DNA of 64,000 bases from Saccostrea cucullata (lineage: Eukaryota), in assembly GCF_032062105.1 (NCBI RefSeq), contig NW_026933071.1, positions 248,001 through 312,000 on the forward strand, written 5' to 3'. The position numbers and the translations under genes were made by a program. This document shows, one piece after another, positions 39,125-53,330 of this stretch (positions are counted from its first letter, which is position 1; each line of letters begins with the position of its first letter). Under the pieces are notes generated by a model that ran no database searches, was not told the origin of the DNA, and was given only the letters and a program-made list of their open reading frames with translations.

Positions 39125-39945
39125 GTGACAGACAGCTCATGGATTTGTAACTCTAGTCAGTAAAATAAGCATCATTCGTATGAGTCACACATAGATCATT
39201 TGAAGAGATTATGAATTTACTTTGTTCTGCACCTACGTTGTTGACTTTTTCTGTATATTCTGATATATGATCCATCATGTTACATTTGACTTCACTGAAT
39301 GTCTCCATCACGTTTACATTATTTCCATATTGTAAAGAATTCATTTGAGTCAAACCAACATCATCTAGATGTAAAGTTCCCCAAATCAAAGACTTAAATA
39401 AGTCATAATTGATTCACCTCTAATGAACCTCACTGAATGTTCACAGTTTGTCGTATGAACATCCAGTTCAAATAAAATTTCCTCAGTTCTCTGTGGTTGT
39501 CAATCAAGCTGTATTCTGACATGGTGCCGTTGTTTTCCAACATAAATTCTACTGTTTCAACAATTCCTCTTTTTTCTTCTCTAACTTGGATTTCACATGG
39601 CTCGTATAAAACGTCACCATAATGATTCTGTAACTTTTAATCTCAAAATGTTAAAGTTCTTCATTTTCTCTGATCTGTTTTGAAATCTTCTCTATCTCCC
39701 TAACAATTCCAGGCAGATCCTCTTCCTTGATGTTTTTCAGGAATTTAGGAAAACCTCTCCTCATTTGAGTGGCTTTCATTATGTAATTTTCCAGTCATGA
39801 TCTCTATGATTTGTTTTTGGCACACTTAGCACAAATAATTTATCACAATCCTCACACAATATATCAATATGTAGTTCATGGGACTCACATATAACTGGAT
39901 GTGTGCTAGAGGAGACACTAGTGAATATTCTTTAGAGTTGACATG
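39125..39945 (-). pseudogene. Degenerate TRIM-like pseudogene in inverted orientation
   Basis: The reverse complement matches the B-box (CESHELHIDILCEDCDK), the MSEYSLIDNHREL segment and NDLCVT..DAYFTD, with many indels. Confidence 0.8.
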
Positions 39946-40497
39946 CAAGTCTAACAAATTATTATTCATTACTTTTTTAAGGGAACATTTTAGCTCTTTG
40001 TACAACTTTAGGAATTAACCTGTAGTGTTCGAAAACTAGTCCCATTGGTCATGCCAAAAAAAAGCAATCATCAACTACGTTTAATTTATCATTTCTGATT
40101 TAATGTATGGGCTGAATGTACTTCATAGCAAATAAGTTGAAGCAAATTTTAAGAGTAATTCCTGCTATGCAAATGTGAATAAAATCTTTTTTTTTCTTCA
40201 GCATATTTCCCCAATGACAAAATTCTTTTCAACTTTTATATTTTTTTCTCGAGTAAATGGAATATTTTTTTTATATATACTTTATTCTGCCAATGATACT
40301 TTATAGCAAGTTTGTTCAATATTTTTCCATGCAGTACATTTGGCTTTGAAGAGAAAATAAAATGTAAAAAAGGTCTACGCATGTATGGAAAACTGGTAAA
40401 GATACCTGTAGAATTATAATATGAAAGATAATAGCAATTTTAACGTAATTTTAATTTTAAGCCATCCTTTTCTCGCCTGAATAGATATGTTTTACAA

Positions 40498-43400
40498 TTA
40501 TTTTGCTTTTGGAGAAGACATCAGCTGGTCACTGGAAGATGAACGATCTATGATTTCACTCTGTTTGTCTCCTTTCGTATCAAGAGACAGAATGTACACT
40601 TGATGTGACTTTTTACAGGAGTGTTTTCGAAGGAGATTAACAAACAACGAAATTGTCACAATAATGATTATTGATATAATCATTGCAAAAGTTCTGAAGG
40701 GAAATATTTGTCCTGTTTCGACATTGTAGAATGGATACTCAATAAATGGGCTCCAGTCTAATAGGACTTCCCCTGCCCCTATTCTAAGAATTGTTCCTAC
40801 GAGGAAACCTGGAATGGCTCCATAAACATTGGTCCACTTTATGAATACAGCACAGAAAAGCTGGGGTAATACAATTACAAAAACAATGTCTGCCGCCAAA
40901 ACGAATAATCCGTACACAATGGGTACAAAAAGGGAGACGAGAGTAGCCATTACCCCCACACAGAATATAGAGATGGTTTGTACCCATACCGATTCTGTGT
41001 CACCAGCCTACAAAACAAATGGTGCTGTAAACTATCTGTTTATCTATAAGACATCTGATATCTAAAACTGAATGTAGGTAAATTATTTTTTCTACTGTTA
41101 AGACCTTTTTTCTGAGAATCTTCTTGTAGATGTTGTTGGTAAACATGGAACTGGAGCCAAGGATAGAGCTATCCATTGACGACATCACTGCCGCGGAGAC
41201 AGCACCCAATGCTGAATAAGTCATGTAAAATTAATATATAAATATTATTAATATAATTATATTTTTCTTTACTTTCACCTGGATAAATGAAAATTATTTC
41301 TTAATAAATTGTATGAAGTCAAAATGCCATTTCTGTCTACTTAGTATTTTGCACTGCAATACTTTTTAAAATTATTTGCATTCTATAATAAATTTTTTCT
41401 GGAGATTGGGGATCAATATAATAGTTCAAGCTGATACTGATATGAGTAAACAAAGAATCATGAATTATTTGCTGTTTTCAAGGTGAAATGACCCTCCAGT
41501 TATACGATAATATTATAAGAAAATGTTTTCCTTACATAATTTGCAGAATTTTAAAATATGTCTCCATTATATCCTTTAGGGTAAAATTAATAATAATTTT
41601 CTTTATTTTCTTTCTATTTACATTGAATGAACTTGATTATGATTACAAGAAGATTCTTCTCTGATGAGCTAAGAGTCACTTTCTCAGCGCAAAAACATAC
41701 CCAAGACAGCCACCCAGCTAGGGGTGAACTCATGCAGAACATACGGTAGAGTCATGCTGGACTGATTCAGAGCCATGGGAGAAAATTTTAACGTCGTATT
41801 GGTCCAGTCTACAAACAGCATAATACCATAAAGGAACAACATCAAAACACTCACACACTGTACGTATATATACTGCAGTGACTAAATCTCATTTCAGTAT
41901 TATCTCGTGGAACTTCTCAACATTTTCAAAAATTGGGTTAAATTTTAATTTAGTGACTTAATATCAATACAAAACTTACAACATACGAACTGGATCTTTT
42001 AAATTGACATTCTATGTTTCTTACATCAATAATATTTAGTGGTAATATCATTTAAAATATACAATATGATAATGAGTTAATGTGCTTCTTTTTATAGGCA
42101 CCACACAGAAATGTTGTTTTTTAAATAACTTTTTTACATTTATAGGGACAGTAAATGAGATATTTACCCGCACTGGTTGCCACAGCCCCTATAAGAACAG
42201 AAGGAACAGCTAAGATAATGGCACTAAAGGCCCCGGCTATAGAGAGAATGTGGGCGTGTCTACCGCTTCTGACTGACAGCACTTTCTGAAAATAGGACTG
42301 CCAAGGAATTGTCCCAAAAATCTACAATAAATGCTTTAATTTGTAACTTTATATATTTTCCAATCAGGAAATTCATCAAAATGACATCGTAGTTTAATAC
42401 TTTTATATTGTACTAGTCAGTTAAGGTAAGTCTGATCTACCCTACTTGTACTGGAACGGAACCATAACTTCATAAAAATCCTTATTAATTGCTGTCTAGC
42501 AAGTGCTCTACATTAAAATTATCTTAACTCCTTACAAAAATATCAACTGCTTTAAATTTCAAACACATTGCGCTATAGAATAGTCTACAAGTTGTGAAAA
42601 TCAGATGTATCCATTTAAAAAAAAACTCAGAAAAACTTTGAGAAATTAACTTTATTAAACATCATTAAATTTTCAAATCGTTAGCATCAAAATTTACCAC
42701 TTTTCTACACTTTACACATAAAGTCCACACGATAAAAAGACTTTTTGATATTGAAGACAAATGTTTCTTCAACAAAAACAGAATAAAAAATTTCATATCT
42801 TTTGAATGGCCATCAGCAAAATATTCCCTTTAAAAACCGCACTGTCCTCAATTGTCCTTAACTGATATTAAAAGGATGCTGAAGTTCCTTATTAACAAGA
42901 TATATATTTGATTTGAAGACAAAGTTTTCATTAACTGTTGGACTTCTGACGGACACTTATTTTGCTCCTTTGTTAGTTGACCTATTTTTGATACTTATGA
43001 AGAATTTCTTCGTGAAAAGAGGAAAACACCTATTGTCGCTTCACATTCTACTTTAAGATATACATGATTTTTAACAATTAAAATTGTTATTTTAATTTAT
43101 ATGTTAAATCGATATATATATACCAGTGAACTTGAAATATTAAAAACGACATAGTCTGCTACATCTATTTCAAATTTAAATGTTCTAGCGACAATAGATT
43201 ATAAAGGCCAGCAAAAACTAAATTGCATGTCAAACAAAATTTAAGCTTTTTCATCAATTTCCCTTATTTATGTAGTGATTTTCATGCTTATTATTTGCTT
43301 TAAGGTGTTAATATATCCCAAATTATTCACTATTCAAGACCTATCTGATCACTAAATAGAGCTTACAGTGGGTTTGTCCAGTCAGGAGGGGATGGTCACT

Positions 43401-46400
43401 CTTCTAAGACACCTGATCTCACCTCTTGAATTTCCAAGGGTCTGGGTTTTATACTCTCTTTACATAATTGAATTGTTTGATGATAATATTTTTCCTGATC
43501 GGTCACTGTTCGATTTCTTCAGCTTGTAATATTTTAAATAAGTCACATAAAACCCTGGATAATCCCTGTATTTCATTCAAAAAGGGTAATGAATTGACTC
43601 CTCAAATAAGTCTTTTCTTGTATAGTTAAATTTAAACCATTACCATTGCAATGAAAAGGTCAATCCAAGGACTTGTCATTCCGACATCAAACTGTCCAAT
43701 CCATATATCTGCAGTATCAGAAATGCTCCCTACTTTGTCGTTGGTCAGGATAAAAGGTAGACTTAAAGCCTACAAAAAAATTAATTTTTACTTCAAATAA
43801 CTTGTCTTATTCAAAAAGTTGATAAGTGTGGGATTAGACTTGCATCATATATTTCGAAAAATTCGTCAAAATGTCTTAATAAATACATATAATACAGTTA
43901 TAATGAAGATGAGTTGAACAATGTCCGTGTACGCGACAGAGACCATTTGACCAAACATGGTGTAACAGACGGTAGCAGCAGAAGAACTCAATATGGCGAT
44001 ACTTAGAGGTAGGTCCACAATTACACTGAGACTTGTTCCTGTCAACAAATGTTAATATATAGATCTGTCTCTCTTTCTTTCGTTTGTGTGAGAGAATGTC
44101 ACAGTGTGAGGGTGTGTATTCAGTGTATGAAGAATAAGAGAATATGTATGAGGAATGTGAGCTTGGGTTATCACAAATGAAACATATCACAATGGTCTTT
44201 GAGTGAATATACATGTAACTCACCTAACGCTACAAGAATAGAGGCTGTCCAGAAAACATCTCCACAGAGGGTGGCTATATAAACAAGAACCACAATAACA
44301 TCCCCCGATTTCTCTTGGATTGGGTCCAACATGGTCAGAAATCGCCGTTCTCTCATTGGACGAGCAAATACAATACCTCCAGTAAATGGTTTTCACAAAA
44401 AATTATACTTTATTATAAAAAAGTAACTAAATGCGTCTACTTAATGATTTCATCTCTACACGTCCCTTCTAATGAAGAAATAGTATTCTAGAAATCTGGT
44501 TCTTTGGGTTTGATCTTTTACAAAGAAATTTGCTAACACAGAAATACTTAAAAAGATTTCTACAAAGGAAAAATTAGTTTCTGTTCCCATTTAATAGGAA
44601 TCTAGCCTGTCAAATACGTTGATACGGTTGGAGAGGCCATAAAATCTACCTTATTGTACGAGAGTCATTCAATAAGTAATGCAACATACGGTATGTCATA
44701 ATAAATGTTGAGGCATTTAATTTTTTTACTAAAGAGGTCCTTAAGACAGAAAACCCCATGAATTGTCCCATTGTCTTCGCAAAGAAGTTTCACTTTTCAA
44801 GTAAGCATGGTCACTACACTGCGCGGAAAACTGTTTATAAATTAAATCTGCCAAGAAAATGAAATAACAGTCTATGTGAAAACAGTACTTTTTAAATAAA
44901 TCGACGAAGAACTCATACTTAAGATATGAATTTATATGTAGAAAAAAAATTATCTTTAATGCTGTATACTTTTCAGATGAATAGTACTATAACTCCGAAG
45001 GAAAAAAAAGAAGAGCTTAAATATTACAATCAATCTGGCCGATTGAAATGTTGGGGGACACCATTAAATGATGATATCGATGCTATGTGCCAGATGGTTT
45101 CTGAAAATGCTTAATTTACAAGGAAACACATCGTTAAAATACTTAACATTAAAACATCACAGTATTTTGTAGAATTTTGACAATGAAAAAAATTAACAAG
45201 ATTTCTTTCAGATATGTGCCTTATTTTCTTTCAAATGCTTTAGAGAGAATATGCGGTGAATGTAACAACGGTCTGTTTGAAAAAAAAATATGAATAGAAT
45301 ATATGCATGATATAAACTTCCTTGATAAATGACAAAATATAGGTGCACTTTTTTACAGCCGAAAGATAAGATTAATAATTCTTAAAAAATGTGGAATCAA
45401 AGAAAAGGTGACATTATATTATGATAAATAGAAGCAACTGCGCCAAATATGTTTTATAAGCTTTCATGTATTTAGAGAGATCCATTAGAACAAGTACATA
45501 TATCCAATACGTTCTATTTCCACTGTTGAAGAGTTATAGTTCTTAGTGCGCTCTTTTGTGGAAAAGTCGGAGAATGTACAAATCTCGCGGGATTTCTGGG
45601 ACAAACGTAACATAAACATGTAAACAACATGTTGAATGTAGATGAACAAATACTAATAAAATGCATATTATGAAATATTTTATTGTTTTGGACTTTATTT
45701 AAATCAAGAGTAGAGATGACAAGGAAATTAATTTACATCTATTGGTGATGGTATGTATCTATTTATCGTAATGGTACATTTGAAGACAATACACTTACCT
45801 CGGAAATGTCGTATTTTTTTTATTAATGGACGATAAAGTTAGGGTTTTTGCTCTCTTTCATATGTCTTTTAGTTCTTCTATTCTTTGGTTAGAATGACAA
45901 ATGCACTAAACATTTAAAATTGAATTGAGACTGGCATATTTTGTATTATCCGCAACGCCATGCTGTCCCAGTCAGACGACCAAACGCGTCTCTAAATCTG
46001 AAGAGTTCACTAATGGAAATACAACGTATTGAAGGACTAGCAATATTAACTTTTGTGTTCGAATTTGACCAAGTAAAGTAAAGCAGATTTCTTGCAAGGG
46101 TTGTGCAACTTACGTTAACTAAGGTATTTTTCCTGTGCCTGCATAAGAATGCAATTGCACATATCCTTAAAGAAATAAAGTTTTGGAAGAAAATAAAGCG
46201 AACAGAATTTTCCCTTCGGTCATATTAGATAGATCTAAGACAATGTGAGAACTTCTTATTCCCAAAACACATGAAAACAATCAAAGGAAGATGGTACAAT
46301 GCTAGATATGTCATGGAAAGTGATACTCGTCAGTGCCTTTGGGGCATCCCTAAAGATGTGTATGCTGAGGTGTACTTTGCATGGATACAAAGACATAATA

Positions 46401-47924
46401 CATGTGTAAAGGGCAAGATGGAATGTCTAGAATGATTGAACCTATTAAGAATATGTATTATGTACTTTTTCATATTTGTAGATGACATGTTGCATTATTT
46501 ATTGAACGACCCTCGTAAAAGCAAGGAAAGTTGTCTTTTTCTTGAAAAATAGAGACAATTGAATAAGGAAAAAAAATATTTTACCAGTGATTAATCCAAT
46601 AAAAATTCCAAATGGCGCCAATGTCCACACCATACCGGAGAATGCAATAGATTCGGCTGTCCCGTTTATGAATCCTCCTCCCACTATTGTTGCTAACAAT
46701 ACAAAGTGTTAAATTAGTTATCTTGTCGTTACATTTAGAGATGAAACATACACGTACATATGTGCAATTCATACAGAAGAGGAAATCAAACATTATTTCT
46801 AATGATTAGAAAATTCATTTCAAAATACTTATCATATTTAATACATTTTTTTTCACCACAAAATTGATATATATAAAAAGATTTACCTTTACTATTACAT
46901 TAAAACCATATTTATTATATATTGATATAAGAGGCATTATGAAAAGTAAACAAATAAAATACGTTAAATTTGTGCAATCTGTAAATTAATACTAGTTAGA
47001 AATAAATCAGATATAGGTAGAGCAGCAATGAAAACGTGAATATTCTCTTTCGGAATAAATTACATGCCTATCTATTTTTCTATTGCCAATAATATCTTTG
47101 ATATAGCTTTGAAACTAGTATTTTTTAAATCGTGCGAAAAATAAAGTATTTTATTGGTAGGCAGAAGTGTTAGTAAATATTGCAAAATCACATTATGTGG
47201 GTCAATGCTTCGGAAGAAAATATAAGTACTGACTTGAGAGGATTTGATATCGTGGTAGAATTTTAAGCAGTTTGCAGTAATATTTAATATAAAAATTCAA
47301 AATATATTTTGAATAAAAAAAGATGTAAACTTGTGGATATCTTGATATTTTTAAAGTATAAAAATTAAACCCCGGCGAAATATAGCATGCCTTTTTCTCC
47401 TTAATAAATAGTTTTCATTCACCGTCTCAGGTGCAGTAGAAATATTTTTGCAAGCACATTCAATTTGACCACATAGACAAGTAAATATACGTAAGACTTG
47501 TTTAAACAGGCATGCATATTTCTACCTGTAATGATCACATTTGATGTTTTCCCTCAATCTAACTGTAGGAAGTGTTGTTCCTTATATTTATGCATATAAT
47601 GAAATTAGGTATAGCTACCAAGGTATTCATTTGTTTATTTTAAGCGTTAACTAATCTCTACAGTTAAAATAAAGAAACCTACATTTGGAAATTATTATGA
47701 ATGTATCGTTGACAGGAACAATTGTCAATGCAATATTGTGCAGAGTTACCTGTCATAGTAAATATTCCGACGATAACATTAATGTCCCTCCCCGCCACGA
47801 CTGCCTCCTCCATTCTGGACACCCCATCTGGTTTCTTCTTTAATTTCCCGGCCAGAATCCCCACAATAATAATGATAAGGTAAAACACAAGTAGTACCAC
47901 CAAACCTAGAACATTAATCGCCAT
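40498..47924 (-). CDS. SLC5A7: High-affinity choline transporter-like (SSS family); exons 47924-47750, 46692-46585, 44376-44224, 44038-43887, 43769-43644, 42321-42168, 41808-41701, 41211-41105, 41007-40498; ~530 aa
   Basis: In-frame joined motifs: [91 protein letters not shown]. The exon-3 acceptor and exon-4 donor are uncertain, and this could be a diverged paralogue. Confidence 0.85.
42690..43525 (+). mobile_element. Old degenerate Naiad fragment in an SLC5A7 intron (antisense to the host gene)
   Basis: FSTLYT-like, APLLVDLF-like and NFPYLCS remnants, plus a diverged 3' motif at ~43359-43450. Confidence 0.7.
44659..46515. mobile_element. Degenerate Tc1/mariner element in SLC5A7 intron 2
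   Basis: TA-CGAGAGTCATTCAATAAGTAATGCAACA ... TGTTGCATTATTTATTGAACGACCCTCG-TA; no intact transposase. Confidence 0.75.
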
Positions 47925-47956
47925 GTTTATCTCCAGCCAGCAAAGGTGAGATTTAA

Positions 47957-48261
47957 GGACAGATGATACAAACAAATGTTTTCTTTGAAAATTAGGTGAA
48001 TCAGGTGAATTTTATTAGGAAAAGCTAAATGGTTAAAATCAGCCTATGTGATATTGCCATTTTTTTGGTGTGTGTATATTACACTTTTAACGCCAGGATA
48101 ACATATTCTGAAATTTATTTTCACCTGTAAACCTTTATGATGTGATTTATTTTTATTGCTAATATTTTCAGATTAGGAAAAAAAAAGAACTCCACATTTC
48201 TAAACTTGTGACATGATATTATATCTTTTTCAAAGAAAAAATTTGTTTGTATCATCTGTCC
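47957..48261. mobile_element. Kolobok-like MITE (TTAA TSD, GG...CC termini)
   Basis: TTAA-GGACAGATGATACAAACAAAT ... ATTTGTTTGTATCATCTGTCC-TTAA. Confidence 0.8.
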
Positions 48262-48699
48262 TTAAAGAATTTGGATTTATCTACTGCTTGTCCAAATATA
48301 CAAATTGATTTGTAAAGACAAAAAGGTGTTATGTAACTTTACATTAGATTTGTCTTTATTATAATTTTTTATTTTCTGATAACATTCACAAACAATTTTT
48401 CAGCTTTCTAGGTCATAGTTTTTGCACTTAATTTTACAGCAGAGTATTCCGTCAACCAAATAAATAAATAGAATTACAACTTTGCTGTTTTCATTTGTAC
48501 TTAACATGCTAAATGTACAAAAAAGACCTTATAATTTGCACACTCCTCCTACGGAAGCCATTTAAAGTCTTCATAAATATCACTGTATAAAAAATATTAT
48601 AATATCACAGAAAATACAGCAATATGTGACTCAGAGATTAAAAAGCTACATCTAGAAGCATTGTAATAATTTAATGGACATTATTCATGTTCTTTTCAA

Positions 48700-49030
48700 A
48701 AACGCATTAATTATTTTAGTTAAACATTCAACAGCAATCAGTAAAGTTTCACTTCTGTCAGTCAATGGATGGAGAACTGCTGGTCACCTTGACATACAAG
48801 ATATCAGGTTCCATAAATTTCCATTAAATCCATTACATAAATTTCAGTAATTCGTAGTAAGTTCACCTTTGATATCAGGCTCACATCTACAAAAGGAACA
48901 TTAAGTGGAAATGAGAATTGAGATCAAAAGTGAGGTTTTCTAATTTTTATGACCCCGGAGCATGTTCATGTCATACAGCAGACGACTGGTGTGACACATC
49001 ACAGTGACAGGTGACACATCCGTGAGTTTC
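48700..49030. pseudogene. Scrambled TRIM NHL-region fragments
   Basis: 48967-49027 (+) matches the SHSRRLVRHITVTGDVIHE-coding DNA of the paralogues; weaker minus-strand similarity lies upstream. Confidence 0.5.
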
Positions 49031-51388
49031 ACACATAAACTGCATCTAATACTTGTTTACGAAATATTACAAATTTGGTACATAGGCAAACTTGAGATTT
49101 ATATTTTCGGAAACAAAATGTGCTGTAATAGCAAAATAAATTTTCATAGAAATAAGGAAATTCGAAAATTGTCATGTTTTCTTACCTCTCTGTGACATCT
49201 GCATGTGTATTCCAAAACTTAAAACCATTATGCTCAACTTGTGGCAGGGATGGCAACAGGTTTTAAATGATAAATTGTTCTATATCATTATTCTAAAGAA
49301 CACACAAAATCGAGAGTCAAAAGTGGGGCTTACCCTATCTTGACCTTTATGTTAACATGCTATTATAAATTAATTCTTAATCAAAATATTCTATTTTCTA
49401 TTTAGTCGTAGCACACACCTGTTTACATTTCATTTCATAAATAGGTGTAATATTGAATAAATTGAAAGTCTGTCTTTAATTAAATTAAATCCTTATTGTA
49501 AATGAGAAATCGTTGATAATAATGAAATATATATTGCATTGCATACATTGTAATAAACACTTTGCACTATGAACTATGAACTAAATAAACACTAAAATAA
49601 AACTGCAACCAGCCCATTGAACATTTTTTTAATTAAATATTTTTATTAACATATTTTACACATAAAGAAGATTTTTTTGTGTTTAAAGGTTGTATATACA
49701 AATTTATGTACTAATTTTATCTGGTAAATTTGATTAATACTTTAAACAAATATCAGTAATGATCATGATTATTTTGTATTCATTAAATACTCTACAAAAT
49801 TTTTCTTCTTATTCATTATAAATTTGGCAGTATAATTTAATTATAAGAAGTGTTTTCCAACTTCGACAGAGGAGCTTGAACAGAAAGCGCATGTATTTGT
49901 ATATAATGTGTTTCTATAAATAGGAAGAACAAGCTGTGCTAATGCTGAACCTTCTTGTTTTGAAATATTTGAAGTAATCAACAAAATAAACATGCGGTTC
50001 TGTTTGACAAATAGATTTATAGAAAATATATAGGTGTCCTTCATTTTGAGAGATCATTATGCATGTATCTGTGTATTTTAACTTTTCAGTCTATTTCAGC
50101 GTATTTACAAATTTTTGCACTCAGAATCTGTAAAGATCCATGATTATCTAATATGCAAACTTAAATCTAGAGCACTGGTAGGGCTTTGGGTAAAAAGCTG
50201 CGTGGAGTGGAGTGGTAATGAAGAGTCATGGAGTGGAGTCTGTATTGTACGGAATGTTTGTGTGAATACAATCCCTCATGCAATATTCTTTTGGATGTGT
50301 ATATAGTGAATGAAGCAAGGAATAAATATAAAGGAAGAAATCCATGAAAGCCAAAATCTAATAGTCTTCAAATATTACACAGAGAATCACATAGAAATGT
50401 GTTTAACCAAGACTGGAAAAAAGATTAAAAACTAAACATTGATATATGACCCTGTACTCCTATCCAAAACAGACAAACCTAGTATAGAAGTGTTCATAGC
50501 TTTAACGTCAACAAATGCAATGCTGAAATGGTCACATAAACTGAGATATAAAGGTACATAATTATTTTCAATTTCCATTTATTATGTATGTTATGTTTTA
50601 GAAATAAATTAGAAATGCTGTATAAAATGTTCCGCCTGGAATATACACTGTCAATAGAGGCACTCTTGGAGATGGATTTCGGGCGTCAGTTTGTCTCAAT
50701 GCATATAGGGTGAAACGTAGGTTCTGAGTGTTAACCAAGAAGAAGCCAAGCGGAATTGAGGAGGACTTTGAGTTGAAAAATGCAAATGAGCTACTCCTGA
50801 AAAAATGATTGACGCCTGGAAACTAAATTGACGCATACAGCAGAATTACGCCTTGAAAGTCATTATTGTTATATAATACTAGTTGACCTAAAACCTATAT
50901 ATATCCAACATAGCAAGAATAAGAATTTACAGTACCTGAGAATGCTTCTATATCAATTTTTATTTAAGGCCTAAAACCTAAAAACCGTAGGAAAAAGCCT
51001 GATATTAAAAATAATTTGGTACTATGATAATTAAATCCCTAGTGTATTTGTTTTTTCTACTTTTATTTTAGATATAAAAACTGTCAACACCTCTTTCTAC
51101 TGTTTGTTTGTTTGGGATAGGAGCACAGAGTCATATTACTTATAGTCTTTATCAATTGCCGGTATATGAAAAAAATGACCCCGTGTGTGACTTTTAAAGT
51201 CCATTAGCTTTTTGTCTGCATTAACTTTATTTCCTGTTTCATTTTTAAAAAAAATGATGTTGCAAGAGAGATCTATCGTAAGGAAACTGTTTTTAAATTC
51301 CAACTCCATATCAGTCCACTTTACTCCACCCCAATCCACTCAGTATTTTTTTTATCCCAAGCCCACTGATAGACAACACCTGAAAAAC

Positions 51389-52875
51389 ATGGCTGCTAGT
51401 TCAAAAAAGTATCAATTAGGCTCTCCTCAAGAGCACATTGTGATATGTAATCCCATGATTTACCTATTGATGTTATATGTGAGGACTGTGATGAATTTAT
51501 TTGTGGTAAATGTGCCAAGACAGACCACACAGATCACGAATGGAGCACTATACCCACGGCAGCCAACCAAAGGAGGAGAGGTCTACTTAAATTTCTTAAA
51601 AAGATCAAGGAAGAGGATCTCCCTGTGATTGATGAGAAGATAGAAAAGATTCCACAACAGATCATAGAAAATAAAGAACTGTGTGAAACTGAGATTAAAA
51701 AGCTTCAAAAACATTACGATGAGACACTGAACAGGCTATTCGAAATCAGAAAATGCCACGGAAAAACACTGAGAGGCAATTTGGTTAAAAAGAATGATCA
51801 ACTAAATTGTATGAAATATGAATTAGAGAAGAAGAAGAGAGGCATTGTTGACAGAGTGGAATTCATGGAGGAAAACAACAGCACCATGTCAGATTACAGT
51901 TTCATTGATAACTACAGAGAACTGACAAAAATGCTGTCTGAATTGGAGTTTCATACAAAAAACTGTAAACATTCAGTGAGGTTCAGTAGAGGTGAAATCA
52001 ATGTTGGCTTACTTGAGTCTTTGTTAGGAAAAACTTGGGATATAGATAATATTGATGTGACTCATAAAAAATCATTTCAATATGGTGATAAAGCAATATC
52101 TGCTTTGGAGACTTTCACTAAAAATCAATGCTACATTTGTGAACATCAGTCTAAAATTATAGAAAAAGTAAACATGGAAGGTACCAAAAAACATAGATTT
52201 AGTGTCAACTCGCCTACTTATGACATGTGTGTGACTGATTACGGTGATGTTTATTTCACTGACTATTGTAACAAGTCAATCAGCTGTCTGTCACCATCAG
52301 GATCTGTGTCTACAGTCGTCAGTACAGATCCACTGGAACCAGGAGGAATCTGTCAGTCTGTGGGCGGTGGACTACTGGTCACCTTAAGTAGCAAGGAAGC
52401 AGATCCTTTCAAATTACAGTCACACAGTAGACGTGTGGTGAGACACATCACAGTGACAGGTGACGTCATTCATGAGTATGAGTACCAGGAGGACGGTCAC
52501 ACCAGACTGTTTACATATCCAGTTAGAGTCATACAGAATAGTGACTTTGATATCTGTGTTGTGAACAGTACAAGTCTGACTACAGGTGATCTGGTTATTA
52601 TGTCTCCCTTTGGTCGTGTGAAATTGATATACCGTGGGCAGAACCTGACAGAGAAATTTTGTCCAGTTGATATAGTGTGTGACTCTCTCTGTAACATCCT
52701 TGTTACCGACTTATTAAACAAACAGATCCATCTGCTGAGCTTTGACTGTGAGTTTTTAAAATTCTTACTGACAGAGAATGAAGTGAACTCTCCATACTCA
52801 CTTTCTCTATACGAGTCTACTCTGTGGATAGGATACTTGGAAGGACTTGTTAAAGTGTATCAATTCAAAGTGTAG
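51389..52875 (+). CDS. RING-less TRIM-like protein (B-box, coiled coil, NHL-like), single exon, with a 1-nt frameshift near 51449
   Basis: MAASSKKYQLGSPQEHIVIC, then a shifted frame SHDLPIDVICEDCDEFICGKCAKTDHTDH running into ORF 51625-52875; paralogue of 35125-36608. Confidence 0.82.
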
Positions 52876-53085
52876 AATGCAACAATATCAAAAATATTAA
52901 TTTGATTCATTAATATGACACTAGAATAGCATAATGAAATTATAATTCATAAAAATCATCAAAATTCGTTTTTGTAGATACATTTATATACAAAGTTTTC
53001 TTATTTTGTTATCATGCAACCAAAATTTGTAATTCACAGATTTGTTAACTGTGGATATGTTCAATTGAAATATGTTCTATATGTA

Positions 53086-53330
53086 CGAGGGTTGTTCAAA
53101 AAGTTCGTGGACTAGCGCCATAAAATTTAAACCACTTAAGATACATCAATGATTTTTTTTTAACATTTAATAAGCTTCATCTTTTTTATTCATGTAATAC
53201 ACTATACATCATTAATTATCTTTTTAAATAAATTGTTGAATTATTTTAAAGCAATGGTTTGTGAAGGCGGCGCAACCTTGAAGATTACATTTTTTTTCTA
53301 CCTAATCGTAACAGAGAAAGAAAAATTATA
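53086..53330. mobile_element. Mariner-like left end (no partner TIR found)
   Basis: TA-CGAGGGTTGTTCAAAAAGT resembles the termini at 44659 and 62500; right boundary uncertain. Confidence 0.45.
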
